A DNA stretch of 63,533 nt, counting the filler, from Atractiella rhizophila (Eukaryota), in NCBI GenBank assembly GCA_021432655.1. It is 3 parts of 2 records of this genome, joined end to end, with 100 filler letters (N's around TTAATTAATTAA, not from the genome) between each part and the next. Parts side by side here need not be neighbours in the genome. Positions count along the whole stretch, not along the records: positions 1 to 21,778 come from MU271368.1; positions 21,879 to 46,153 come from MU271370.1; 1 more part is not named here. One strand, written 5' to 3'. Below, one piece after another: positions 11,245 to 22,897 of this stretch (within the stretch, counting starts at the first letter, position 1; each line of letters begins with the position of its first letter). The notes under the pieces are model-generated. The model did no database searches. It had not been told where the DNA came from and saw only the letters and a program-made list of their open reading frames with translations. A program made the translations under genes and the position numbers.

Positions 11245-12777
11245 GACGGGCAAAGTGTTGGATTGCAATATGAATCTCCGATAACGGCGATTGGTATCGT
11301 GGTTACAGGTGAAGGAGGAAGGAACTGCCTGAGGCTGGTACAATCTAGTCACTTCTATTAGCCTTGCTTCTATACGTTCCTTGCATACAACATAAATGAA
11401 TCCAGCTTTGTGCCATTGTCCTCGAGTTAATATTCAAGAGAGCAATTGATCGCAACCTCGCCAAACACAGTGCTTTGCTGCTCTGTTCGTTGCCGCTGTG
11501 CCATCAGAAATGGTACTGTAGCTTTCTCTGAGCTGCACGTGGAAGCTCTTTCCCTTTGTTCAATGAATTAAGTCTTGTAACTCTTTTTGGAACTCTGTCA
11601 GCGTACATGCGCTTTGGAAGGAGACGAAATGAAGAAAGCCAAATCGCAAATGCTCCTCCCCTCTCTTTTGAAGAGCAGTTTCAAGACAACGGCAAAGCCA
11701 CATCGCTATCATTTCTGCGTTTTCCTGCGGCGAAACAAGCAAATCCTCACCTCTGTACAGAGGAAATTACGATTCAGCTCTCTCCAGCTCAGATGCAAAG
11801 GTCGCTCAATGTTATAATATCCCAATAGCTCTTTCCAATTTTCCGGGCTTCCCTCAGCTGCCTGGGACTTTCTCGATAAAGATTCAACTCTTTCGTCGTC
11901 CCGTTCAATCGTCCACAACTGACCCTAACTCACTGCGACACGTGAGGCGTAAACCCTACTGGCAGTTGCCACGGTAAGACGATTGTGTGAAAGCTAAAAG
12001 GTCTCTTACGTTCGAAAAGACCGCCGTGGCTTTGTCCTGCGGGTCAGCCATGGCGGAAGGGAAGCTGACATGTCGATTGAGCACCAGTGTGGACTGCAGG
12101 AAGAACGGGACGGGGCACTATTATCGTCTTCCTTAGCATAGGCGAGGTCTGATGGCCGATGTAGTTGTAAAAGAGCTTGACGGAAAAGAAGGGGTCTGTA
12201 TCCAAATCGCTTATGTTCGCCGCCAACAAGGTAGTGACGACGCGTCCTCAATTTGAGCTGTGGTTAATCCAATGTCTCGTCCATACAGGTCTCTACGGTT
12301 TCTATTGTTCCTGTAGTGGGAGCCAGACTGATTAGAGGTCATGGTAATTCTCGTCGCAGTTATTGTGGAGTCCTGAAAGACTGGACGCGGTGTTTCCAGG
12401 TGTAGGTGTAAAGGTGCTAGAATACCTGCACTTCATAACGATCAAAGGTATCAGCGAACGGCTCCAGGTTGCGCAAACTGACAGAGCAACTCAGTTTTGG
12501 ACCACTGGAAACTTGACCATTGACACTGCTTGTAAGTCAAACTTCGACTGCCTCAACGTTGGCTGAAATATCTCCACAGGTTGCGGAGCGTGTTCTGTGG
12601 TAAGCATTTTTCATAATCTGAGTCGCAAACGCCAAAACGATCTCTACAGAGTTGCGGTAAATGTTGCTCTTGCGTTAGCTGCCACTGGAACTTGTCAAGA
12701 AATCTCAGAGAAATGATGTGCAATGCTTCTTCTAAATTCGAGATTTAGCCGCGTCTTCTGTTCTTTCTTGGAATCTT

Positions 12778-14250
12778 TCAATGTACAACTATAGCTAGGT
12801 TTCTTGCGCTACCGCTTTCCTCCTGATCGAACAGATTCCACAATTGCAGCTTAAGCTCCTTGCCCGCGTTCTCGTCTACGGCCAGTCGCTCTTGCAACAG
12901 CAAAGCAAGCCCAGTGAATCTCTCCAACACAATGTAGCTCTCCAACACTGGTCCGAGAAGACATCTGAGTGTCCAAAAGAACATGAACTTTTCTCCTTCC
13001 CACGCTCCTTGAGGCTCAAGTCGTGCAACGTCATTCCCATTGAGATGCATCTTCTTCAACGCTTTTGAACGAAAGATCTCGTATGAAAGAAAACTGGAGT
13101 CCGCCAGTCTACCCACCCTATTCTCAGAAGGAGAAGGAGCCTCAGATGCTTCGAGCTCTACTTGAAGACGTGCTCAATAGACAAGTTTGCGCATGGATAG
13201 TTTGGCGGATTCCCAGGATGACGTTGAAGACGACCACAGGATGGAAGACTGAGTGGCGAGAACAAGGTGGTTGTGAGTGAAAGTAGGAGAAACGTAGGAT
13301 GGATGAAATGGGGAAGTCTTGAGCGAGACATATGAGAATATTCAACAACAGATTGACCGGAGAGAAACCCACTGGAAGAGGAAGTAAGATTGTAGCAACA
13401 CCCAATCGGGATCAAGACATCTTGACGTTCCGCACTCCCAGAGCTAACGAAAGCGCGCAACATGTCGACAGTAAGATCTCCACAGACATGCAGAGCACAA
13501 ACGAGCCTTCCCTCATCCTTGTCCGCACGTCCTTCCTGCAGAATTCTCCTGATACCGTTCTCATCCAACACTTCCGCTTTCAACGTCAATGTTCCTATCT
13601 TCTCTTCCTCCTCCTCTTTCTTCTTATAATTCAAACGGTTTGAACTAACTTCTCTGCTCCACTGACTTGAGAGGAGCTGCCCTCAATCGCACAGACATCA
13701 AGAAGCAGTGGCTCTCTGGTCAAAGCAGCAGAAAGGTGTGCTCGTCCCGATCCAATATCAATCGCGCTCGTAATCTGCGGTTTATTGGACAGGAGCGTTT
13801 GGGCATGTGCAATGAAGCCATCGACCTCATGCGCTTTCTTCGGAGACATGCCATGGGGCAAGCCCCCAGTGAACACTTTGGAGGTGCTGGAGATGGAATG
13901 TCAAGATGACGTCGCCCTGATTCCTTTGCCGACGCTTTCCCAGCTGAGAAGGGGTTTGCTGTTTGGCTTCCGAGGAAGAGAGAATTCACGACAACGGTTT
14001 GTGAATGCTTTCAGTGAAGCAGGAGCGTCTAGCTAAGCGGCATTTCAGCCAATGTTTCTCGAAATGAAGATTAATATTGCAGATAAATGTATGTGACAAG
14101 TTGAGAAGGGAATCTCCGGGAGCAGGGAAAGCCAATTCCTACATGCCCAGTGACGTTGTAGGGTTGGGACAAAGCCACCGTGTTGAATTTTTGGTCTAAG
14201 CCATTTAATAGCGAGCAGGGGTATGTCGAAGACGGTGCTCTGCCATTGGT
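12778..14250 (-). pseudogene. METTL25/RRNAD1-like methyltransferase pseudogene, copy 2
   Basis: MSPKKAHEVDGF...AIDIGSGRAHLS, LHVCGDL...IPIGCCYNL, FWTLRCLLGPVLESYIVLER. Frameshift after GAEKLV (~13640) that is absent from copy 1. Confidence 0.78.
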
Positions 14251-14629
14251 AAATAGACCCAAAATCTCACCAAAAGCGATTCAAAGTTACAGAGGTACGC
14301 AACGAAGCGCGCCATCTCTCAATTTCATCCCAACAGAGGACACACACCTTCACAACCCCTGGACTCAAATTCTTTCGCGTGCCTTCTACGTCGCTATTTC
14401 TGTAGAGAGTTCCGTCATACCATTCCTGCCATTCGATCGCCTCAGCACATTACAGGTAGTAGGATTCGCAGGACTGTCTAAAGAAAGAATTGCTGGATGA
14501 GGAGCAGAGCCGAGCGACGGTGGAATCGTGAAGGAAACTCGAGGTTTTAGCAAGTGAAAAGGCAGCGGTGGGAGCACTCTTTCGTCGAGGTCAAATTTAA
14601 ACTTGAAACAAAAAGATCGGTGCCTCAGT

Positions 14630-15815
14630 GTTGAGTCATGCCCTCCGCCCGCAACACGTTCTTTGCTTCGCTCCATTTCCTCCGTTCCAACTCGGCGAGA
14701 GTTTGCGGCATCGACCACTGCATCCGCTCCCAACGTAACGTATCTAAACATCGAAACACTCCTTCCTCCGACAAACGCTCTTGCCTGCACCTCCAACCCG
14801 TGCACTCGACTATCAACCACCATCGCTCCCGTCACCGCTCCATCGTCCATCTCCTCCCGTCTACAACTCGTCGGATCTCTCCAATCATGACTGTCGACTT
14901 GAACGACACGTAGCCAGTTAGGATGCGAGCAACGAACTCGCTAACAACGACTGGTTGAACAGAGGACGGATGGGGAGGGAGAGCGAGCGGTGTATGTGTC
15001 GCCTTTCGACCACAAGGTTATCACACAGGGAAATACCAGTCTGGTTTGGGAAATCAAAGACCAAATGGGAAGAGGGCTTCAAGCGGCATAGAATACATGT
15101 CTGTATTGGGGGTGGTGGATTGCATGGAGTAGTGCTGATGGGACATGAAGAAGTACGCTGGGATCACGGTGCGCTTGCACTCCTTATCCTCCTCTGCATG
15201 AGATCCACAGCTGATTCGTTCAACCAAATGGAGTAGCACCAGTCCCTGTTATCGAAACGAGAGGAGCGGCATCGCTCCACGCCTCCCTCCTTGCCTCATA
15301 CACGGACCACAGTGCGCTGACTTCAAAACTCGTATCATTGGAAGCAATTACCTCCATCGCCGGCTCGTTGGGTGCAAAGACCGTCTAGAAAGAATGTATA
15401 ACACATTGCCTTACTCACAAAGGAGGCGTAACGAGTGTGGTAGTTGAAGACGCAAGGGTAGTGGACATGATTGAACGGTTTGCTGGTTCGTCTTCCTACC
15501 TGCTTGCTTTCATCAACAAAATCGTCTGGGGCTTATAGGGATCGACAGATGACCATCAAATCCTCGTCAAACCTGCCGTCGCAGGGTCTTGCACCTTTCT
15601 ATGCAGATGGAGCGCCTGAGGTCTTGAAGAAGATTTCAAGGGATCTGCCGAAGGACAGAGCAGCCGTGTTTGTCGTTTTTGTTTGTGGAGGGAGTCAGGT
15701 GTCAATGGCGAAATTGATGGAGTGGAAACCACGGTTTGAGGACGTGCCGTTGGGGGATATTAAGGTCTTTCTTAACTGGATCTGTGACGGTGGCGTTTCG
15801 TTTCCACAAACCTGA
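14630..15815 (+). pseudogene. L-serine/threonine dehydratase pseudogene, copy 2
   Basis: VYVSPFDHKVITQGNTSLVWEIKDQMG, IGGGGLHG, ITSIAGSLGAKTV*, DDHQILV, VVFVCGGSQVSMAKLMEWK. Contains stops and frameshifts. Confidence 0.72.
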
Positions 15816-15980
15816 TCCCAACAAAATCTGGCTTAACGGTATCGTTGTATCTCATTTGGACTTCCAGATACCAACGGATCCTGTTGATATGTCAAGGCAC
15901 AAATGACGCATCTTCCATTCAAGACTTTATGACAGCTGACAGCATTGCTCTGATGAAGAGTTACGTCCTGCAATAGGAGG

Positions 15981-18900
15981 TCAGCTTGCACAAAGCAGTG
16001 GCGTTAGAGCACTACCTGAATCATTTTGACGCGTAGTCGTTGATCGCTCCGCTTCATCGATGTTCTGAAGCAGATTGTCGCAATTATGGACGTCGGATGT
16101 GGCAAAACAATCCGAGTAGAGCTGACGGGCGCGACCAACTTCCTCTCGCGCGACGCGGTATTGGGACGATCGGAAGAGGAGTCGGCCCAGATTCTGTCTG
16201 CTCCGAGCTTCGTAGTAGCCGCCAACTGCTTTGCTCAAATTGACTGCTTCCTGCAGAACGTCGATTGCTTTGAACACACTCTGGGAGTCTCCAGTGTAAA
16301 CCGTGCTTATACCGAAAAGACAATTAAGTTGACCTCCTAGGTCTTGAGCCAGCAGGTACAGCTCTTTCGCCTCCTCGAAACGGCTGAGCGCTTCCTCCAT
16401 CTGACCCCGATGCTGCTCAATCTCCCCGATGCTGCGAATGCAGTGGGCTTGCCCCTGCCGATCTTCTACCACCTGGTACAGCTCCTTCGCCTCCTCGAAA
16501 CGGCTCAGCGCTTCCTCCATCTGACCCCGATGCTGCTCAATCTCCCCGATGCTGCGAATGCAGTGGGCTTGCCCCTGCCAATCTTCTACCACCTGGTACA
16601 GCTCTTTCGCCTCCTCGAAACGGCTGAGCGCTTCCTCCATCCGACCCCGATGCTGCTCAATCTCCCCGATGCTGCGAATGCAGTGGGCTTGCCCCTGCCG
16701 ATCTTCTACCACCTGGTACAGCTCCTTCGCCTCCTCAAAACTTCTCAGCGCTTCCTCCATCCGACCCCTATGCTGCTTGATCTTCCCGATGCTGTGAATG
16801 CAGTGGGCTTGCCCCTGCCGATCTTCTACCACCTGGTACAGCTCCTTCGCCTCCTCGAAACGTCGGAGTGCTTCCTCCATCTGACCCCTATGCTGCTAAA
16901 TCTCCCCGATGCTGAAAATGCAGTGAGCTTGCCCCTGCCAATCTTCTACCACCTGGTACAGCTCCTTCGCCTCCTCGAAACGGCTCAGCGCTTCCTCCAT
17001 CCGACCCCGATGCTGCTCAATCTCCCCGATGCTGCGAATGCAGTGGGCTTGCCCCTGCCGATCTTCTACCACCTGGTACAGCTCCTTCGCCTCCTCAAAA
17101 CGTCCCAGCGCTTCCTCCATCCGACCCCGATGCTGCTCAATCTCCCCGATGCTGTGAATGCAGTGGGCTTGCCCCTGCCGATCTTCTACCACCTGGTACA
17201 GCTCCTTCGCCTCCTCAAAATGTTTTAAGGCTGTTTGAGGAATTCCCTGCTGTTGAAATGCAAGACCCATTGCCATTTTCAATTCGGCTTTGAAATTCAT
17301 TTGAAAACTATCGGATTTCGTGGTTGATACAGCCTGCTGCAACAGTTTGATTGAGAGAAGGTGCTGGAGATACTGAAAGCGCCACATTTCCACAAGGAAA
17401 TGAACCAACATCGTCGAATCCTGCAGATGTTCAAAACCGACCAGAAGCACATATTCAAGGTTTGCATGGTCGTTGCGGAAACACAACAACCCTATTCGTT
17501 CACCGTCCACTTCGAATCGTCGCCTATTTTCTCGAGCTTTATCCATGAGACGTTCCGTTAGGGGCTTAAGGGACGGGACAGTGGTTTTAAAAGGAGGATC
17601 GCATTGACAGACTAAGCGGTTGATGCATTCGCGAATCGGTGAAAGCATGCGTAGTCGTATCATGTTTGCCAGGGCATCGTCCGTGTTTTCGGCGAGTCCA
17701 GTGGATAAAATCGAGGTAATGACCGTATCTGCGTCCGAATCCTTCAAATCAGGAAAACAGGAATCGTCCGTAACAGCTCTAATATCATCGTCAAGAAGTC
17801 CGTCAGGGGTCCAGGATAGGACAGCGAGGATGAACATGCTTAGGTCTCCATGTTTTGTCAGCAGAGGTGAACTGAGCGAAAAAGATATCGAGGTCGTAAG
17901 AGTTTGAGTCTCTTCACTATCTTCTCCCCACAGCACTTCCGTCTTCTTCTTCTCCCACTCCTGCAACAACGTAGAGATCCGTTTTGTCGATGCGTTGGCA
18001 CCCAGAACAAAGAGCTTGATCGACAAGGTGTGATGATCCAGCTTGGCGAAAATGGTCTTGAGTAGTTGTTCTGCACAATCCTCCTTTCCCGTGTACAGGT
18101 GGTTAAACAGCTTCAGCAAGGCTATATCACTTAGGCCGCCAATCGACAGCTCTCGAAATTTCACATCTGTGACGTTCACTCGATAGATTTGATGCCCCCG
18201 ATGTGCCACAATCAGAATGGACCCTGAGGCATCGCAGTCTGAAAGAATTGTCTGAAAGAATGATTGCAAGTTGTCTGCATCGGACTGTGCAGGAGTTTCG
18301 AAATTGTCTAAGACAAGGACACATTTGTGACTACCAAAATATCGTGCAGCGGCACCGAGTTCGGTTTCTCCAGGTAGAGGGGCTATTCCGAAGACCTGCC
18401 TGCAAAGGTATGTAGAGAGAGATGAAAATGTAGAGAAAACGTCGCATCGTGCCCAGAACCGAAAGTCTTCCTCCTCGTTCTCCGCAATGGTCGTGAATGC
18501 ATCTTTGACTTCCTTCGCATGCAGGACCTGTCGCGCCACAGTAGACTTCCCATTGCCAGCGCCACCGATGATTGCAAGATGTTTTTTGTCGGTGACGATG
18601 CACTTGATTGCCGTCTCAACTTCGTCATCTCTTCCATAACAATCTCCTGTATGAGGCAACGGAAGCTTTCTGGGCACAGCAATGCGTTGTTTACAGCCTA
18701 AACAAGTGCAAGTCAGATGCCGCCATCAATCACGCAACATGGATAATACCTCGCACGAGCGACTTGGTCGCAGAGGAAACTTCATAATTCATTGCCTCCA
18801 TGTAAGCCTTTGTGCAGCCCACAACGTCCTCCTTTCGCTCCCATTCCTCCCACCTGAAGTCTCCAAATGTATCAACCGAGAAGCGATGATAACAATGATC

Positions 18901-19557
18901 CATCTCACGGTCTTGCATCTTCACCTTCACTGCCTTCGCAACGTTTGAGCAATCCGCGACTATCGCTTTCAGCGCTTCGTCAATATCATCCCGAGTGCAG
19001 CCCAACTTGATAGCCCTTGCAACCCCCGGACCGAGAGACACAAGACAAGCAATCTCACTGTTGGGTCCCCAGATTCGCTTGGCCTCGTCAAGAGCTGCTG
19101 TAGCAGGGTTGTTGCCACCCAGCTGGACGTAGTTGGTGGAATCCTCACTGATATGAGGAAAGAACGGAGGACCAGCGGACGTAGCCCTTGCAGCTTGCCA
19201 GACAAAACATGAGGAAGCGGGTCGAGAGGCAGATCCAGCATGATGAATGTCGTAGGTGCGCATCTCCGTGGAAGCGACGACGCTGGCTTGATAGCTAGAG
19301 AGGACAAACGTCCTGCACCTATCCTGCGGGCAAGGGTCCTTCATAGGAACGGGCTTCGTCGGATCTTCAGGGGTAGGCGTGTGTCGCTGGATGATGGAGA
19401 TCAAAGTCTCTTCAAGCTTCTTCGCCGAGAACAAATACTCGGCAGTGGAGTCCGAATGCTGTTCAAAAAAGCCGTCTCGCGCGATCTCTTCGTACGCTGT
19501 AATGCACTGACGTACTGTCATCCCCAGCCTGCCGAGCATAAGTGCGATCCACCCGCC
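15981..19557 (-). pseudogene. Patatin-NB-ARC-TPR NLR copy 2: single nonsense codon in TPR repeat 3; 5' end lies in the gap
   Basis: Patatin exon 19557..18750 and conserved intron 18698-18749 (GTATTA...TTAG). NB-ARC exon has GGAGNGKST and VLVLDNFE. GAG>TAG at 16896-16898, after which the same frame continues to 15981 with a C-terminus matching copy 1. Confidence 0.85.
16350..17220 (-). repeat. 120-bp tandem repeat array (7 near-identical 40-aa TPR units)
   Basis: cagtg(g/a)gcttgcccctgcc recurs at 16441, 16561, 16681, 16801, 16921, 17041 and 17161. Confidence 0.97.
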
Positions 19558-19734
19558 NNNNNNNNNNNNNNNNNNNNNNNNNNNNNNNNNNNNNNNNNNN
19601 NNNNNNNNNNNNNNNNNNNNNNNNNNNNNNNNNNNNNNNNNNNNNNNNNNNNNNNNNNNNNNNNNNNNNNNNNNNNNNNNNNNNNNNNNNNNNNNNNNNN
19701 NNNNNNNNNNNNNNNNNNNNNNNNNNNNNNNNNN

Positions 19735-20357
19735 GCGCAGAGCAAGCCCTTCCTACTTCGCTATCATATGGTAAGAGACAACGTGCAAAAAGGGAACATC
19801 GTACTACGGTACATACAGACCAAGCACCAAATTGCCGACGTTCTCACGAAACCTCTCTCAAAGGACGTCTTTCACCAATGCATATTCGCCATGGGGAGTA
19901 CGGGACATCGGAGAGCGCATTACCTTCACGTAGCATCTAATCTGTTTGACAAAATGCTTGCATTGCAACTTACAGTAATATCTTGGAGAAGACTTTAAAA
20001 GAATTGCATTTGACCACACACCGTCTTTGTCTACCCTATCATTTCTGCATCTTTCCTCCTGTATCGCACTAGCTGTTTTCATTTCGTTCGTCTCTGCGTT
20101 ACGGTAGCGTACGGAGTGGAGTGTTGAAGTTATTACGTTTTTGACTTTTACTTTCTTTCTGCCCTTTTGAGCTGGCTATCGCATCTGGTGTCAGTTCCGC
20201 CCGCTCCCGTAGTTTAGTCTGTTTTTCAGCTATCTGAGGTTCATCTTTTCTTCGTTCTGTCACTCTGATGAACCTCAGGTAGGTGACTCCTCACCAACGT
20301 TCATGCAATGCTGATCTTTTCTTCGTTCTGTCACTCTGATGAACCTCAGTTTCAACA
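19735..20357 (+). mobile_element. Ty1/copia LTR retrotransposon 3' end (RNase H C-terminus, PPT, 3' LTR)
   Basis: QSKPFLLRYHMVRDNVQKGNIVLRYIQTKHQIADVLTKPL matches the copia RNase H C-terminal motif. Purine tract ggagtggag lies immediately before the LTR. Confidence 0.88.
20122..20357 (+). repeat. 236-bp LTR with TGTTGAA...TTCAACA termini and an internal ~36-bp direct repeat
   Basis: 7-bp terminal inverted repeat. atcttttcttcgttctgtcactctgatgaacctcag occurs twice (~20243 and ~20314). Host duplicated sequence resumes right after 20357. Confidence 0.85.
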
Positions 20358-20779
20358 TAACTCTCTGCCAGCGTACGTGCGCTTTGGAAGCAGATGAAAT
20401 GAAGAAAGCCAGACCGTGAGTGCTCTTTGTCTGTCATTTAAAGAGTAGTTCAAGAACACGGGGGGCAGCCACATCGCTATCATTTCTGCGTTTTTCCAGC
20501 TGCGAAACGAGCAAATACTCACCTCTGAAAGAGAAGTTACGAAATCACGCTTCAGCTCTCTCCAGCTCAGATGTAATGGTCGCTGAATGTTACAATATCC
20601 CAAATGACTCTTTCTAATTTTCCAGACTCCTTGAGCTACCTTAGACTTTCTCGCTAAATTCAACGCTCAAAACTTTCATCGCCGTTTCCGTGTCCACAAC
20701 TGACCCTAACTCATTGCGACGCGTGACGCGTGAACCCTACTTCCTGATTCGCCTCGCCTTCTTCTGCCTACGAAGAACC

Positions 20780-21680
20780 CTCTGAGGGACTTTAGTTAGC
20801 CAATCCTGCATCGCCCCGCTGCCACTGCTCGTTCCCTAATACGTTCCTGATCCCTCTCTGCTCGAAATCGAATCTCTCGTGCTGCTGACCGCACCGTTTT
20901 CGCTCCATCAGGCGACTGGATAGACAGTTACTAGTACTTATAGCTGGAAGTTCTTCGTGTTAGATGAGTGGAGGTGTTGGTCGATCTTATGGGTTGACAG
21001 AAATATTGGAGACAAAAGGGTCCTCGAGACAGTAAGCGTCATGGATAGCGGCTATGATTTTGACCAGGTCCATTGTTTTGTTGTTTCATCACCCTCTGGC
21101 AATTGAAACATATCCAAATGCCAAATTAATACCTGGAGGGACAGAGGGTTAATCAGCACAATTTCGTCACATCCTAAGAAGAGTTGAACGCACCTCCGTC
21201 TCGGATCGAGCACCGCTTTCCCCTTTCAAAACAGCGGCCAACTGAAGCTTCTCCGCCGCTCGGTTCTCTTCAACCCCTCCTATCAACCCCCTTCTTTCAC
21301 CATCTTCGAGCACATAACCTCTAACTAGTATTCCCCCTTCTTGACTCCGATTCTTTAAGGGGAATGCAGGGGGACTCGGCAGAGGCGAGCAGAAGGTTGA
21401 TTTCGCTAATCCACGCGCAAAACGTTGGGCCTTTGATGATTTAGTAAGAATAGCACATACCTCCCGGCAGATGATCGTGGACGAAACGGAGGGAGGACAT
21501 CGATGCCTGATGAACAAACAAGATGAGAGCGAGGGTCCTAGCGCGGCAAGTGAGGCAAAGCGTAGATCCTGAGTCGCGAGCTATGTGGGTAGTATATGAA
21601 GGTAGGAAGCTCAACGTAACTCGCGGTATACAGAGGTTAGGATGACAGAAGAACTAGAGGAGCTGCCCACATGGACTCGG
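20780..21680. repeat. Start of a third, partial copy of the duplicated block (homologous to ~1720-2300)
   Basis: Shared segments: gttcctgat...ctcgaaat.gaatc, gaaatattggagacaaaagg (1870 vs 21001), agaagagttgaacgcacc, and agaactagaggag...cacatggactc. Confidence 0.75.
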
Positions 21681-21778
21681 GAATAGCGTCTTTGCAAAAC
21701 TTGATATCTACTGCCTGATACCACGCCGTCTTCGGTCTGCGCTAGGCAGACGTCTGAAAAGGTTCAAAAGGTAGACTT

Positions 21779-21878
21779 NNNNNNNNNNNNNNNNNNNNNN
21801 NNNNNNNNNNNNNNNNNNNNNNTTAATTAATTAANNNNNNNNNNNNNNNNNNNNNNNNNNNNNNNNNNNNNNNNNNNN
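21779..21878. other. Artificial assembly spacer (N-run with central TTAATTAATTAA)
   Basis: 100-bp block with a six-frame stop linker at 21823-21834. An identical construct sits at 46154-46253. Confidence 0.9.
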
Positions 21879-22897
21879 CGATTAAGGAGAGGTAGGATAA
21901 CGACCGCGGCTGAAACAGGGCTTCGAAATCATGTGTCTCTGCTTCTGAACGTTCCGCGCCGTTCGCTCTGCGCTCGCTCGCTGAAACTGTCAGTTGGGAG
22001 CAAAAGTCAGAACTTCGAAAACTCAGACCGATCCTGGGAAGCCAGCCGCATCAGACCTTCGTCTGCATCTTTATTAGATATCGGCGCAGAAAATGACGGA
22101 TTTGACTAAGTTTGGAGGGCCTTTGGTTTGTTTGAAAGAGACAACTTGAAGGGACAACCTGCAGGAAAGGGCAACGCTTGACTAGTCCTTCTGGCCTGTG
22201 CCCCACTACACCTCTTGCAAAGAGTTCTTTGGAATAGGAAGGAATATGCCAATAGGAATCTCACCTCCTTCAGGAACATATAGTCCATAACTGAACTGCT
22301 CAATGTCGCGCCTGCTCTTGCTCTGTTCACGTCATACTCTCCCTAGGGGGCCAAACTTCAGCTTCCTGCTTCAAGCTTCAAGCTAAAACGAGGCTTTTGG
22401 ATATCAGCCTGAGAGAGGGACGTTAAACATTTGATTTTACCTTAGTTCATTCCTACCAGTGGTTTGGTAAACATTTCGACTTGTCTTTGCTTACAAGATT
22501 TGCTTCTATCAGAACAGCTTAGTCTCCCCTTTGCAACTACTGGTGGATCTGCATTTCGAAAATTTATCCGCCTAAATACGCGAACCACCGATAGATGTCC
22601 AAGGCCACCAAGGCTGCGTTTAAAGAACTTGCATTCACACCTTTCGCTTCGAGGATATGCTTCCTTTGCATCTGTAGACTCTCTTGTGAAGACATCTCAG
22701 AGTGATCCGTATCCCGACGAAGCCATAATTTTGGGGGATGACACAGTGAGTTCTTCCTTCATGCTGGTGAATTGCCCGCGAATTGATTGGTGAATAGCAG
22801 GCACAGTTAGAAAGTGATCTCAAGTCTCGACTGCATGCTCTGTTGAGTCTACTTGGTGTGCCTGATCTATTGACGACAGCGCCATCCAGACCGCCAG

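Larger units (their letters stand above)
2412..11960. repeat. Segmental tandem duplication, unit A (METTL25-like pseudogene + serine dehydratase pseudogene + patatin-NLR)
   Basis: Collinear homology with 11962-20741. Examples: cagttgccgcggtacgac at ~2412 vs cagttgccacggtaagac at ~11963, and gtccacaactgaccctaactc at ~11911 vs ~20693. Same gene order and orientation. Boundaries approximate. Confidence 0.9.
11962..20741. repeat. Segmental tandem duplication, unit B
   Basis: Collinear diverged copy of 2412-11960, interrupted by an N-gap (19558-19734) and a copia remnant (19735-20357). Homology resumes at 20358, matching ~11590. Confidence 0.9.

Noticed and set aside
10192..11352. Patatin and NB-ARC-TPR as two separate operon-like genes (bacterial Avs/CBASS-style system)
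   Set aside because: A conserved spliceosomal intron with a branch site joins them in frame in both copies, and the surrounding genes are intron-containing fungal genes.
21823..21834. TTAATTAATTAA palindrome (also 46198-46209)
   Set aside because: Centred in 100-bp N-blocks, so it is an assembly linker rather than biology.
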